Part shown: positions 13,543-27,340 of the stretch, piece after piece
How positions within the stretch are numbered: position 1 is the stretch's first letter
How the letters are laid out: each line of letters opens with the position of its first letter
From: Chrysomallon squamiferum
Taxonomy: Eukaryota; Animalia; Mollusca
Length of the DNA: 64,000 nt
Assembly (NCBI GenBank): GCA_012295275.1
Contig: CM022679.1
Span: forward strand, 30,938,001-31,002,000
Direction: 5' to 3'
Notes under the pieces: generated by a model
Seen by the model: the letters and a program-made list of their open reading frames with translations, nothing else
Database searches by the model: none
Told to the model about the DNA's origin: nothing
Made by a program: the position numbers and the translations under genes

Positions 13543-16500
13543 GTGTCCAGCTCAAAACTGAATAATGTCAGAGATACTGGACAGCAGATGGATATTTGAG
13601 TCAAGATTTAAATTTCATTTATTTCTGGCTGTAACAGGATAACGTAAGAACTCTTTTGAAGACAAGTCCAGTTTCAAATTTGAGCAGAGTTACTGAAGAT
13701 GGAACATGATTATTTTGAGTTAGAGACAGGTTCTGCTGCAGGAATTTAAAACCAGATGAATCATTGAATGTTCACTCAGATTTGAGTTCTGTTGCAGAAA
13801 ATGAATGATTGCTGGTGTTGATTCAGATCTGAGTAGTGTTGTAAAATCTGAATAATGGACATATCTTTGAATCTTGGCTCAAATTTGAGTGCTTGTAGAA
13901 ACTGAATAGCTGGAGAATCTTTGAGTCAAACTCAAATTTAAATCTTAATTTTTAATTTGTTCTGAATAAACTTAATGTGTCTGAAATTTGAATTTTTGAA
14001 AAGAAATATGTTTCTAAATGTCTCATTACTCTCAAATAGTGTCATTCTCTTCATACCACTTCCTATGCTTATATCATCAACAATAAATTACTTACATCAT
14101 TAAAATTTATTTTTTACAATATTAACATTTTTGTAATCCTGCAAGAGTAATTGTGTAATAAATAATTAATCATCATTGTAATTTTGTATCAGAGTTTGTC
14201 AACACTGGAAGAAAAATTTGTTTATGAAGTGTTTTTTTGTGTCATTAAATTTTCTTCAGAACTGAAATAAGAAAATAAAAAACAAATATATAACCATAAA
14301 TAAACCTTTTCTGGTTTTCAGGAATAGATATTTCTTTTAGCAAATGGATTATATGGAAGTAGAGCATGTGATGATGTGAAGAAATGGCCTAATTATCAGT
14401 AAAGTGTTTTAATTTACACAACACCAATGTTTGCTAATAATAAAGTATATTCAAATAATATGTGTGAGGAGTTTCATATCAGATGCCATTTTCTCTTTTG
14501 TTTATGACTTAATTCTGTTACAGAGGGTATTTATAAATATAATATTTAAAAAAATAGAAAATAATATACTCCACAATCTCTATGAAACTTATTTGGGTTT
14601 TTTATTTTATATTTCTAATATTTAAATTTCAGCTTCTATGGATCATCATAGTCTTGAATTAAATTTTTGTGATGCTTCTTACTATCCACAGTTAATGTCT
14701 TGTTCTATATAAAAAAATGTGTTGAAAGTATACATTTCAGCTGTTTGTGTATATAATCTCTATTATTTAACAAGAAATAATGAAATTACTTTATGTGCCA
14801 ACTGTTTGTTCACTTAACAGCAGGCACATTTTGAAACAGTTTTCACCTGGATTGTATATTTGCTTTCTCTCTCTCTCTGTATGATTGTATCTATGTATGT
14901 GTGTCTGTGTGTCTGTGTGTTTGTATGCGTATACATATATACACACACATGCACAATACAAACGCACACACGTCTGTGTATTTGTAAGTGTGCATGTGTG
15001 TGTGTGTGTGTGTAAATATATATTTATTATTTTTTTATTTACATGTGACTAGGCTTTTTTATATACATTAATGAGATTCTTTAATATAATTACAATAAAT
15101 TTATTTACATATATTTATTTTACTTACAAATATTGGTTCTAGAAATATATGCATTGCTTAGAGGCCTATCAAATTACATATAAATGTTTACGTTCAGCAT
15201 TTTCATTATTACTAAGAACAGATGATTTATAACAATTTATTAATTATTTATTGATTTAAATGCTAAAATTCAACACCTGACAACCTTTGTCGAAAGACTG
15301 ACAACATTTTAAAAAGTGTTATCAAAGTCTACAATAAATCTTTGCATGAAAAATATTGGTGCATAATTTTATTTTTTTTTTTTTTTTTAATAATTAATTT
15401 TGTACAAAGACCAATTTGGATATATATTTATTTGTATATAAGTGTATTTGATTTTGTTTTCTGACTAAGAACTTGTAGCAGATAGAATCACATCTATCCT
15501 AAGGAACATCCACACAAACTCCCAGCCATTTGAACAACTCACAAATTCAAAACAAGATATCAACTGTTGTATATTTTTGATATAAAATAAAACAAAAATC
15601 AATATCCTATGGTCAATCATTGTAATTCAGTAAGGATTTTAATATTGTTTTTCTGTTCGTTGATTTCGTTCTTTGTCTCACTCCATTAGAATCAGTTTCA
15701 GATTTCTTCAAGACCAATATTGATACAGATTCTCTATCACTTGTTTGACAAACATCTCCAGAACTCATTGATTAATTCTATATCATCAGATATTTTATTT
15801 TAAACATTTGGCATTTTCAGGTATTATTATTGCCAGAGATTTGGTATCATCGGATTTTTGTAAACACCAAACATGTTATTTCTGATATTTTATTTTAAAC
15901 ACTTGATACTGTATGCCAAACATTTGCTGTCATCAGGTATTGTGTGCCAGACAACTGGTATTTCTAATGTTATCATCTAAAACAAAAGTTGATAAAAAAA
16001 ATTCTTTAGCAGCAACTTATTTTATATTTCTTTTACATTAATAAATTCTGATTTTATTTTTATCTTTAATTTTTTTTTTTTTTAACCAACTAAAATGTTA
16101 GAATGCACTGAAGTATTTGTGGTGAAAGATCTTGGCTGATCTTGTTCACTAAATTATTTTTATGATTACATCGCTCCTAGACATAATTACTTTAATTTTT
16201 TATTTAAATAATATTTTTAAAAATTATAAAAAAATTATGGTTTTAGCTAGCTAGATTTTATTATTTTCTAGTAAATATATTTAAATTTCATACAATACAT
16301 TTATTTTACACATAATTGTCCTGTATTTATGCATTATTGGAAGTTTGTGAAACGTGCAGTGTATATTATAATGGCCTTAAACAATTTGTTTATTGGTATT
16401 TTTCATCTGAAAAACTATTTTATACTCATCTGTGACATAAATATGTATAACTGTATAGTGTGTAACAAAAGAAATGCAACATAAATGAATAAATTTGTGC

Positions 16501-17707
16501 ATTTATTGTGAGAAGAAAATTTAGTTTTGTGTTGTTTTTTAAATTTCAGTGTTGGTAGGCCAAGAAATTGTTTGTTTAATAATACCCCAACCCATTTGCA
16601 CTGCATTAAAATCTGTTGTGTGTTAAATCATTTTGAACGTAGATGATACAAAAAATTAATTTTAAAAATAACAAATTTCAAAAACAAAATTGCTGCAGAC
16701 TGTCCATATATTTAACAGAATTATAGTTTATTTTATATTTCTTTTAGAATGAATGTCTCACCTAAATGCAGACGTGTTAGCTATCAGTTATATTGACAAA
16801 CAGAAAATGAGAGAAAAATGCAGAACATAATGTAAAAGAGTATAGGAAAGGATAAAAAGCAACAATAATATATGAAAGAGAGAGAGAGAGAATTGTATGT
16901 TCAAGAAACAAAAAAAAACAACAAAAAAAAGAAAGAAACATGAGGTAACTAATATAAGGAAATGTTTTATTTACATTAAAAAAAGAAAAACAATTATGTC
17001 TACCAACAGATTTAATAAATATATAAAATTATTTTTGATAGAACTACCCCCCTTTTAAAGAAAACACAAAAAAACATCCAACTTTCATAGCTAATGATAT
17101 TTTTAAAATAAACATTTCACAAAATAAAATTTATTAAACTTGAATTTTTGCTCAAAACTTTAAAATCCTTTCTTAAATAATGATAACATGATAACACCTG
17201 TTCCTCACAATCGAACTGATATCCAACAATTTAAAAAACAAAGTTCAAATTATAACTTTATCTTACAAAAATTTCCACACCACCCTTGCTAGTAAACAAA
17301 AGATTTACATCTAAAATGAGGCAATAAAAACTGTGTAAAAACTCCTCCTAATGTTAGAAGACTTATTAATTATAATTTTTTACTATTCAAAGAACACTCG
17401 TTTATTTAACGGCGAGATTGCTGGCTCAGTCTTTATCCACATTTTATACCAGTGAACGCAAAGGTTTTTTTTAACATACCTATAATTTTGTGGTTAAAAT
17501 TTATTTTCAGCTTGGTATCCTTGCGAATATATATAAATTTATATTGAAAATACAGTCTTCAGTTGTTGGATATTTCTAATGACGCAAATTAAATGTTAAA
17601 TACATCTTTGATGTAATACAATATCGTTCAACACAATCTCTTCCTTCAAGACAAATGAAATGTTGGACACAATCATGTACACACACAGATGAACTACAGA
17701 CGTCACT

Positions 17708-20529
17708 TCAATCACGGTTCAACATGCTCTTAATTCTGTCTTTGCTTGTGAAGAGGACGTAGGCTGCGGCCAGTCCTAAACCAATTCCTCCTCCTCGTAC
17801 ACATTTCTTCCAACCTCCTGAAAAATAAAAACAAGATAATATAAACCAAAAATATGGTCCTGAAACTGTTACTAAAACTCATTTCTTTACAGAATACCCC
17901 ATCCAACAACACCATCATTATGAAGACTAAGAGTTACTGCAGTGCAAAGATAATACAAGTAATAGTAATATGAACCAACTTAAAGTATTTAGACTGGGAT
18001 TCATTAGTTAATAACTTAATTCCTTTATCTGCAACACCAACAAGACAGCTGGCATACTGGTTGCTATGATACTATCTGGAATTCTCAAATTTTGATTAGC
18101 TATATTCAAAAATATTAGTGTGATGAAAGTAAAATTTATATTTAGGTTTTTCAAACTGTAACAGATCTACCTACCTGTATATTTTTGTCAAAAATGGAGT
18201 AAGCTAAAATTTTCCATATTATCTATTGATGTGACACAAAATGACCATTCTGCAATATTACTGGTAGCGTGGAAAATAGCTTATTTATGAAGAAGCTGTT
18301 TACATTTTTATATCAGCATTATAATTTAATTACTGAATAAATGAAAAAAAACAAAAAAACATAAAATAAATATTTTCTGAGTCTCCAAGTCTCTAATTCC
18401 TGTCAGTGAATTCAGACACTCAGAGTCTCACTCACCAGAACACTTGTAGAGGAGGCCTGTAGCTGTGCCAGCCACGACTGTGTTCAGTTCATCTTCAACA
18501 CCGCGAGCCCACCACAACACGACACCAAACACGCTGTACATCAGCGCTGAAACAACATCGCAGATCAATTAAAACACCTTCTCACTGACAGCGTAAAACT
18601 TCAAAAATACACCATTTCGGTGAATCTGTAGCTACAGCGTAGCTTTGTAACTACTAATTTTAAAACTTGTTTTTAAAAACTTCCAAAATTTAATTTAGAA
18701 CTAAAAACAAAGAACTAACTAAGAACACTGTGATAACATTTATAAAATATTTTGTCAGTGAAGTGTAATTTTAAAACAAATCTCGTAACGTGAAAATTTA
18801 AAGAGTTTAATCATAATAAGTAAATGTTTAGGAATGACTATGTTAAAAACAAACCCACCAACAACTCCAAGGGTCTGGGCACTGGAGGCTCCCTGTTTTG
18901 TTATAAAATTCAGCATTCTGTAAACAAAATTAAACTGTATCCATAAAGTGAAAAACATTTCGAGTAAAATTTATATTAAATGACGAAATAAAATGCAAAT
19001 TGTATTTAAATATGAAAACAATAATAATAATAATAAAAACATTATGTGGAATGGGTACTGCTGACAAGTATGTACCATAGTATACAAGATATCTTGTCAA
19101 TGAAATTATCATTTTTAAGAGAACTTTAGTAGTTTCTGGTTTGTACATGTTTAGATTTTTTTTGTTTTTTCCTACAATCATTTTCTCAGCTGTCATAAAA
19201 ATTTACAACAAACATATGCATGAACAGCTGAATTAAATAAATATTGTACATATTGTGATTATTACAAAACTAACCTTTATTAACAATAAAGTACAATTTA
19301 CGAACGACACCATTTTGATTTTCGTTTCATTTGTCTTATGCATTGCTGACATCATAGATTTCTTTACAGTTGTGATATTAAGTCTAGTATTTCGTTTCTT
19401 GTTCATATTAACCAACAAACACCAACATACATCATGCACTACTTACCAGACATACAGTGGATTTAGCATATTACTGCTGTTTTGTGATTTTAATTAAAGA
19501 AAGGTGCATATGTATCTGTGCTTATATGTGTGTGTACATAGGTGTGTATGTGTGTGTGGCTGGCACTTGTTTTAATAAAGAAAATAAAACGTACTGTGTT
19601 CTCCTCACAGCTCCAGTTAACTGTGCAGCCTGCGTTTCTCTCAAACCTGCATACAAACCATTCAACCCTCCTACTGCAGCACCTGTGTAACACAAACAGT
19701 AAGTATTCACATTAATATACAATGTATTATTTGCGTCATGTAGTTCATCAAAATAAATTTTGTAAAAATTAAGTATTAACTGCATTACAAACCATTCAAA
19801 CCTCTAACAATTGCACTAACTATTTGTTAAAATTTATACACAAGGTTTATTTTTGTTTTTACTTTATTTTTTTTTAAATTTCTGCAGAAACCATTCGAAA
19901 TTTCAACACTTTTACAGCACAATCTGCTTAATACAAACAGTAATGTCCTTATTTTATTATTTATCAATCAGATTTTTTTATCTTTTTCTTAAAACATTTT
20001 TTACACTAATTTCTATGACAGTTTCAACATCAATTAAGTGTTACAAATAAAATAACCTCTTCTCTCTATCTATAAGCAGAACAAATTATTACAGTATGCA
20101 TTTTAACCAATAAAATCAACTCTGAAAACAAATGTTCAAAAATCAAGCCCTTCATTATATAATCAGCCTACTATCAGCAAGGAAAGAAAACGAAATACAG
20201 GTTAAATAAAATCTAAATGAGAAAATGAATGCAAGTGTTACGACAATGGCTGGTCAGAACATTAACAGTAACTGAAAATTCAGTATTTATTTTCTGTGAA
20301 TTGTTGGAAAGTAGAAGAAAAACAAACCGACAAAGACAGATCCTCCAATCTGTGAGAATGATAATTCTAATCTACCCCTCTGTCGACTGGCTCCTTCAGG
20401 AAAAATGAAATCAGAATCTGCTGACTTTGAAAAAAAATCATAAAAAAATCATTAAATATGTTTATATTGGAGATTGATATATAATAATAATTTTTAAAAA
20501 ACATAAAAATAATAATAGTAATAGTAATA

Positions 20530-20612
<83 letters not shown>

Positions 20613-21483
20613 ATGATAATGAAAATAGGGTGATTAAAATGGTCTATTTTTTAAAGGAAATATTAATGTATTATAAATAAAATTATAGCCTATTGATACT
20701 AAATACTGATTCTACTTACTGGTGTTACAAAGGATGGGTCAAAGTTCAAATAAGGTGACATAATTGCCCCAGCTGGACCTGCAGTAACTGAAACAAAACA
20801 AAACATCAATGGATGACTTTATGGTATTTCAGTGTACTTTGATACATATATAAAACATTCTGTATTTATCTCAGCCTTTAGGTATAAAGTGATATAACTA
20901 TGAATAATATAATACTGACACAGTGACATTTATATAAAGTATGAATTCATATTTACAAATATACTCAATACTGACAAACACAGACACACTGAGACAAATT
21001 ATGACACTGACAGGTGCAAAACACTGTTATTCCATACTGAATTCATTTCCATTATCTTATTTGTAATTTAAGTGTTTTATTTATATTTTAATTGTTTATA
21101 AATATATAATCATGATACATACACTGACTGTTAACTGTATCAGTGTATCATGTATGATGCAACGTTGGTAACTCATTTAGTCATTACCTGATAGTGACAG
21201 TCCATCAATTTCTTTAAAACTACTTTTCATAATATTTTAACTTTAACTTCTACATATATATCTGATGATATATAATAATAAAACATAACGAAGCAAACAA
21301 ACAAATAATGGGAATTTGCCATCAGATGTTGAAATTTTTTTTTAAATATTTGAAACGAAATAATTATGCGAAGCTTTAACACTTTCAATAATAATAATAA
21401 TTTAAATCACCTGGTACATCCATACTGGGGTCTGATTTTGAATATGGTGAAAAGAAACTCATTTTCCCTTTATCGTGATCCAT
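17708..21483 (-). CDS. TIMM23: Mitochondrial import inner membrane translocase subunit Tim23; exons 21483-21411, 20787-20720, 20424-20328, 19682-19595, 18917-18859, 18546-18436, 17817-17708 (606 nt, 201 aa)
   Basis: Spliced translation MDHDKGKMSFFSPY..MSPYLNFDP..FIFPEGASRQRGRLELSFSQIGGS..GAAVGGLNGLYAGLRET..RRTQMLNFITKQGASSAQTLGVVALMYSVFGV..RGVEDELNTVVAGTATGLLYKCSGGWKKCVRGGGIGL matches the Tim17/22/23 family, Tim23 type. Seven exons with consistent phases. Confidence 0.93.
20533..20608. repeat. (GA)n microsatellite
   Basis: Direct inspection. Confidence 0.95.
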
Positions 21484-21841
21484 TTTAATCTTTAAAACAA
21501 AATATATCAAACGACCGACATCAGTGACTTTTACGAAACCATGCACATGTTGCAGGAGATACTTGACTGTTCTTTCTTACTTGATACGCTTTTCTCTGCA
21601 CTAGCTAGCTAACGACAGTGGAATAGTCAAATATATATGCCTCCTATAATATTTAGTTATTTATTTGATCAGCGCATGTGCAGTTCAGGCAACTTTACTT
21701 ATGAATGTACCTGCATATCTAACAGTTTAATAAATCTATAGTTATATGTCTATAACAGCCTAATTAATTCGATCCATCTTACTGATACTGAAGAATTTAT
21801 ACCCAAAACAAATGAATGTAAATCGAGAAATGGTATCGAGA

Positions 21842-21892
<51 letters not shown>

Positions 21893-23100
21893 TAAAGGCT
21901 CTTTAAGGTTCCCAAATGATAACTCTTTTTCTTCTTGTGTTTTACTAAAGATAATAAACAATATTTATGTTAATGTCTGTGATAACAAATGAAAATTATG
22001 CAGGTAGAGGCCCCAGTGCACTACTGTGCTAAATAATCATGAACTAAATAATCAGTAAAAGTTTTCTTTTATTTATCTTTTACCAGCAATAGGGACGCAA
22101 ATACTACAGATTGTTGTTACTTGTTCTATAATAAGGATTGGTGAACATATTTTCATTTTAGCATATGTAATGATATATATCTACACCGGTTCCTGAAGGT
22201 CAAGGTTGGTTTCAAAGAAAACACGAACACGTGGGGAACGATTAAGTTTGCTTGGGTTCTTGCACTCGGTATCCATTTGTTTAGTGGTAATACTTCTTAC
22301 AGCACAAATTATTTCGTCTTTGGTCTTTAAAATGTGTAATATTTTAATATTTATGTTTTTAACTAATTCTTAATCACAGTAACATTTGTAGTCAAAACTA
22401 ATAATTTAGTAATTACACATCATTACTAGTTTGCGTCGTTAATAATAATATTTATATAACTATATTATTATTAAATTAGTGTGTTTTAGTTCAATAGTGT
22501 AAAAGTATAAAAATCACGTCAACTTAATCAGTCTAATAATGAAGACAGACAATTAATCTGCCAAATCTGTCAGTTTATATTTTAAAAATGTTGTCTTTTG
22601 AAAATGAAAAATGTGGTTGATTCAACAAAAGTCAAAACTAAAACTAACAGTGACTGATCTCGCAGAACAAGGGAACAAACAGCTATTAAAGTTTACATTT
22701 GTTGTGATTAGTCTGAATATATAGATTGCAAAATTACTGAATAATTTCCGAAAACAATTCAAACAGTAATTTTTATGTAGTTAACTTTGAGAATAGATTG
22801 TGGGGACCTAATATAGACAGATTCCTACAGTCTGTTACTCTGTAAAGTTTGATTGATTAGAAGTTGAATCCTGGTAGTGTACCCAATCGACTGTTTCCTG
22901 TTTCAACCAGTACTAGTTTATAACTAGTTTATGAAAAAGAACGAGAAAATAATATTTTCTATGTTGACATTAATACTAATAATACTCAAAACAATTGACA
23001 GATAAAGATATTAATATGTATATAATAGTATTATTATTACATTTGTTTTTGTTACAGCAAGTTTTTTTTTGACGTATAAATAAAAAGGAATTTTTACAAG
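21484..23100. promoter_or_regulatory. Divergent (likely bidirectional) promoter region of TIMM23 and NAF1
   Basis: ATGs point away from each other 1.6 kb apart. NRF1-like GCGCATGTGCA at 21672-21682 and E-box CACGTG at 22228-22233. The NAF1 ATG follows TTTTTACAAG, a possible acceptor implying a non-coding first exon. Confidence 0.55.
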
Positions 23101-26100
23101 ATGGAAACTGATTCAAACAACAAAAACACTGACAAAGAGGATGAGAATTTGATGAAGAACAATAATGAAAATCACAAAAATAATAATGAAGAAAATGAAA
23201 GACAGAACAGCTTTGCAAAAACTAATGAATGCACAAAACCAAACACTGGTGATAAAGGTGAAAACATGATTGCAAATGATGGTGTTCAAAATGTAACTGA
23301 TAATGATGGAGGTCAGAAGATGTCTAAAAATGATGTGGTTCTAAATGTGACTGGTAATGATGGAGGTGAAAATATGACAACTAATGGAGGTGAAAATATG
23401 ACTACAACTGATGGAGGTGAAAATATGACTACAACTGATGGAGGTGTAAATATGACTACAACTGATGGAAGTGTAAATATGACTACAACTGATGGAGGTA
23501 TAAATATGACTACAACTGATGGAGGTGTAAATATGACTACAACTGATGGAGGTGTAAATATGACTACAACTGATGGAGGTATAAATATGACTACAACTGA
23601 TGGAGTTCTAAATATGACTGGAAATGATAAGGATAACAGTGTGTCTGGAACTGTTATTGAAGGAACTAAAAATATGTCTGGAAATGGAGATCAAAATGAT
23701 CCAATTAAAAATGAAGACAAAAATATGTTAAAACATGAAGAGATGAAAAATGTAATTCCTGAAGTTGAACAAGATTCTAAAAACTTGATTACCAGTAACA
23801 GCAATGAAAATGACAACTCAGTTACTACAGCATCTTCAAATAATCCAGAATATATTAAAATTTGTGAATCTGAAACCTTGAGTAACGGTCAGCAAGATGA
23901 TTCTTCTGAAACTGTGGCAACTACTGTTACAGAAACTGGTCACCATGGTGACAAGACAGAAGAGGAAAAAGAAGCTTTTAAGGATGATCTTAAAAAGTCT
24001 GGCAAAGATGACTCAGATCTATTTCAGTCAAATGATAGAGCAAATCTAGTTACAAATAAACCAACAGTTTCAGAACCTCTGTCTGTTGAAATGATGGAAA
24101 CAGACACTTCTTTGATTCCAGCTGACAAGATGGCTGAAACTGAAAGTGAGGCTGGCGTCTGCTTGACAGAATCAAAGTCTAACTGTGAAGAGCACACAGA
24201 GAAAGAAGTGGTGTGTTTCAGTGACTGTGAGGATAAGACTGAGAAGAACAAAGTGTCACATTCAATGAAGTATCGCGATGGGTTAAACTCTTCATCAGAT
24301 GCCAGTGGTAATGAGAGTGATACATCTGAAGTGTAAGTTTTTTTTTAATCATGGAGGATTTTAATTAGGTTCAATCATCTGAAGAAACACATGCATAAAA
24401 ATATACTTACATACATACATGTGTACAGATAGGCAAATAAATGCATAATTATAATACAAACATCACTCCTGGTCAAAATGTCAGTATTCAAACACAGTGG
24501 TATAGATAGAGAGAAAGAAAATGTTATCTTTATACTGTAAATAAATAATTGGTTTTCATTTTAGTGAAGATGATGATGCAAGGAAAAAAGAAACAGCAAA
24601 ATCTCCCAAGATAGCACCTTTCTGTATGGAAGATCTTAGAACAAGAGGAGAAATATTTCCAGAGGTTTTTTTTTTTTTTTACACATATATTTGTTATATT
24701 TATTTAGTACTTTGATAAGTCAGTAATGGAGTAAATATTAGAATGGGAAAATTTCCAGTGAGTACACCATGAAGAACTGATGCAGAAAATTCTCACAGCT
24801 AAACAGAATATTTAGATAAAACCAGTTCAGACACAAAAGTGTTTCTATTAATATTATTTTGTTTAAATCTTAAATTCAGTCAGTGATTTGAATTTATGGA
24901 AACAACTTAAAATAACATGTAATAAAATATAATAAATTTGAGTTTATTCTAAATTATACAGAAACAGAGAAGTAAAACTGATATAGATCAATAATTCATA
25001 GTCACATTGATGAGAATTTGAATATACAATAATCTGTTTCTAATTAATGAGATTTAATCAGTCATCCAAAGAATATAGTAATGAATCTTCTGTCTTAGAT
25101 GCTGTAATAAAAAACAGTAATTTAACTATTAATATAAAAATAAGTGTTGATATCAAGGTGATGTTATACAAATATTCATTTGAAAGTTGTCTTTCTATTA
25201 TTATTATGTGTTTGTTACTTTTATTAATTTATTAATTAATTATGTGCCTTGTATAATTAGGAATTGCCAGCTATTGGTGAATTAACAATCAGTGTGACAG
25301 AGGATGTTCAACTTGTTCCTGTTGGCATAGTAACCTCATCTGTTCGAGTGTTAGGTAAATAACTGATTTTAGTTAACACATATACCCTAAATATATTTGT
25401 GTGTTCTTTGAAGAAATTGTTTTGTTTGGTCTTTTAGTTAAAGTGTGTCTGTTGTGGTAAAAATGTATAATACAATATATCAACTGTTTTATTATCTGTC
25501 ATTGGTTATCAACCTTTATTAATAATAAAGTATGAACACAATGTAACAAGGCCAGGTTGATCCATAATCATTACCATTTACCCTCAGATCTGTATATTGA
25601 TTGAGGATGTACCAAGATTTCAGTAAATTACCCTCAAGTACTTTTTTGAAACATTTGTTTTACAGTTGTTATTGAACACAATCAAGAACTTCCTCCTCTG
25701 GATGAAGATACCATCTTGTTCACTGAAAACAGAAAACCTTTTGGACAGGTAAACAATATGTCTGTGTTAGAAACAATGTTTTGTCAGTTTATAACTGCAT
25801 TTACCAGGTGTAACAGTAAAGTCAGCATGGGATCAAGGTAGATAACTCTAATGTAATATTAAAATTGAAAATTGGGAACAGTTTGTCTGAAATTTAATTT
25901 TCCTTTTTGAAAACTTTGGACCAGTTGTTAAAAAATTCAGATTAGAAATTTTCCTTTTTATAATTTTGTTTGTATGGTTTTGGAATAGTAGTCATGCCAT
26001 TTATCAGCTTCAAGTCCAACTTTCTATTGTTTACGCAAGCTGGAAACAAAAAAACGAGACAAGTGTTTATGTTTTTATTTTAGATTTTTGAAGTTTTTGG

Positions 26101-27296
26101 ACCAGTCGCCTCACCATTCTACTCAGTGAGATTCAACTCAGCAGAGGAGATTAAGGAGAAAGGAATCAAAGAAGGAGATATCGTCTACTGTGCTCCTAAA
26201 GTGGAGGAATTTACACACTATGTTTTTGTAGAACGCTTAAAGAGGTACATTTGTCCTTCTGTTTTTAAATTATTAGTACTAGCATTATTTATTTATTTAT
26301 TTATTTTAGTAAATGTGATTTTCTTTTTCTGTTTCTTTGCTTTTGGTTCCTTTTTCCATATAATTTTTACTTTTTGTTATTATTTCAGTATTTATTATAT
26401 ATTTTTCCCTTTCTTTTTTCTTGATACTTAGTAAATAAATATTTATACCTATCAGTTTGTAATCAGTATATTAACACTTGTATTTATAACTTAACTCAAT
26501 TTGTGTTTAATTCCTCTGTACAGTTAATCTTTGTAAACCTTGTGATAATGTTTTAAATATAATCTTATGTTAACAGGATAAAAGGTTCTGATGCATCATG
26601 GGAAAACAACAACGAACCTCCAGATTCAGTAAGTAGTTTTTTAAAATGATAGAATGTCAGCATGATAAAAATAAAACTTCATGATAAAAATTGAAGCAGA
26701 TTATTTCATTGCAAACAGATATTGCTTTGACATCAGCAAATATAGTTACTACACTTGCATTTCATTTATAAAAATCCCCATTAGCCTGAAATCAAGTTTC
26801 TCATTTTTGTTGTTTTTAAATTATATCTGATAAAGACAAAACAATTTAATCTCTTCATGCTAGTGAATAAAAACAAAAGACACACTGTGTACAGGAATAA
26901 AAGAATTTTGGTATCACTTTTACCCTTCTGCTTAATTTCTTTCCTGTCACTTTGAAAACTGAAGAGATTAACATGTAGATGTCTGTGTGTCACTGTGTCT
27001 GTTTTTCTGTCCAGTGTAAGGAGTTTTCAGATGATGAGGATGAAAAGCGAGCCAGTAGAAGTCGGAAACATTCGGGTGAAGAACCAATGGAGGACCCCAC
27101 TGACTGTCTGCCTGGAGCCTACAAACCTGCAAAACGAAAACAGACCAGGAAAGAGTGAGTGTGATAAAATATGTAAAAGAATAAATAAATAATATATGAA
27201 TATATATATATATATATATATAAAATAAATAAATATGTAAATATGTAGGTAAGGAAATGAAATAAATAAACAAATATGTAAACAAAACATATAATA

Positions 27297-27340
<44 letters not shown>

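Noticed and set aside
15780-15975. Degenerate ~30-bp repeat between the caspase and TIMM23 3' ends
   Set aside because: Real but weak, with no link to any boundary or motif; ordinary decayed minisatellite.
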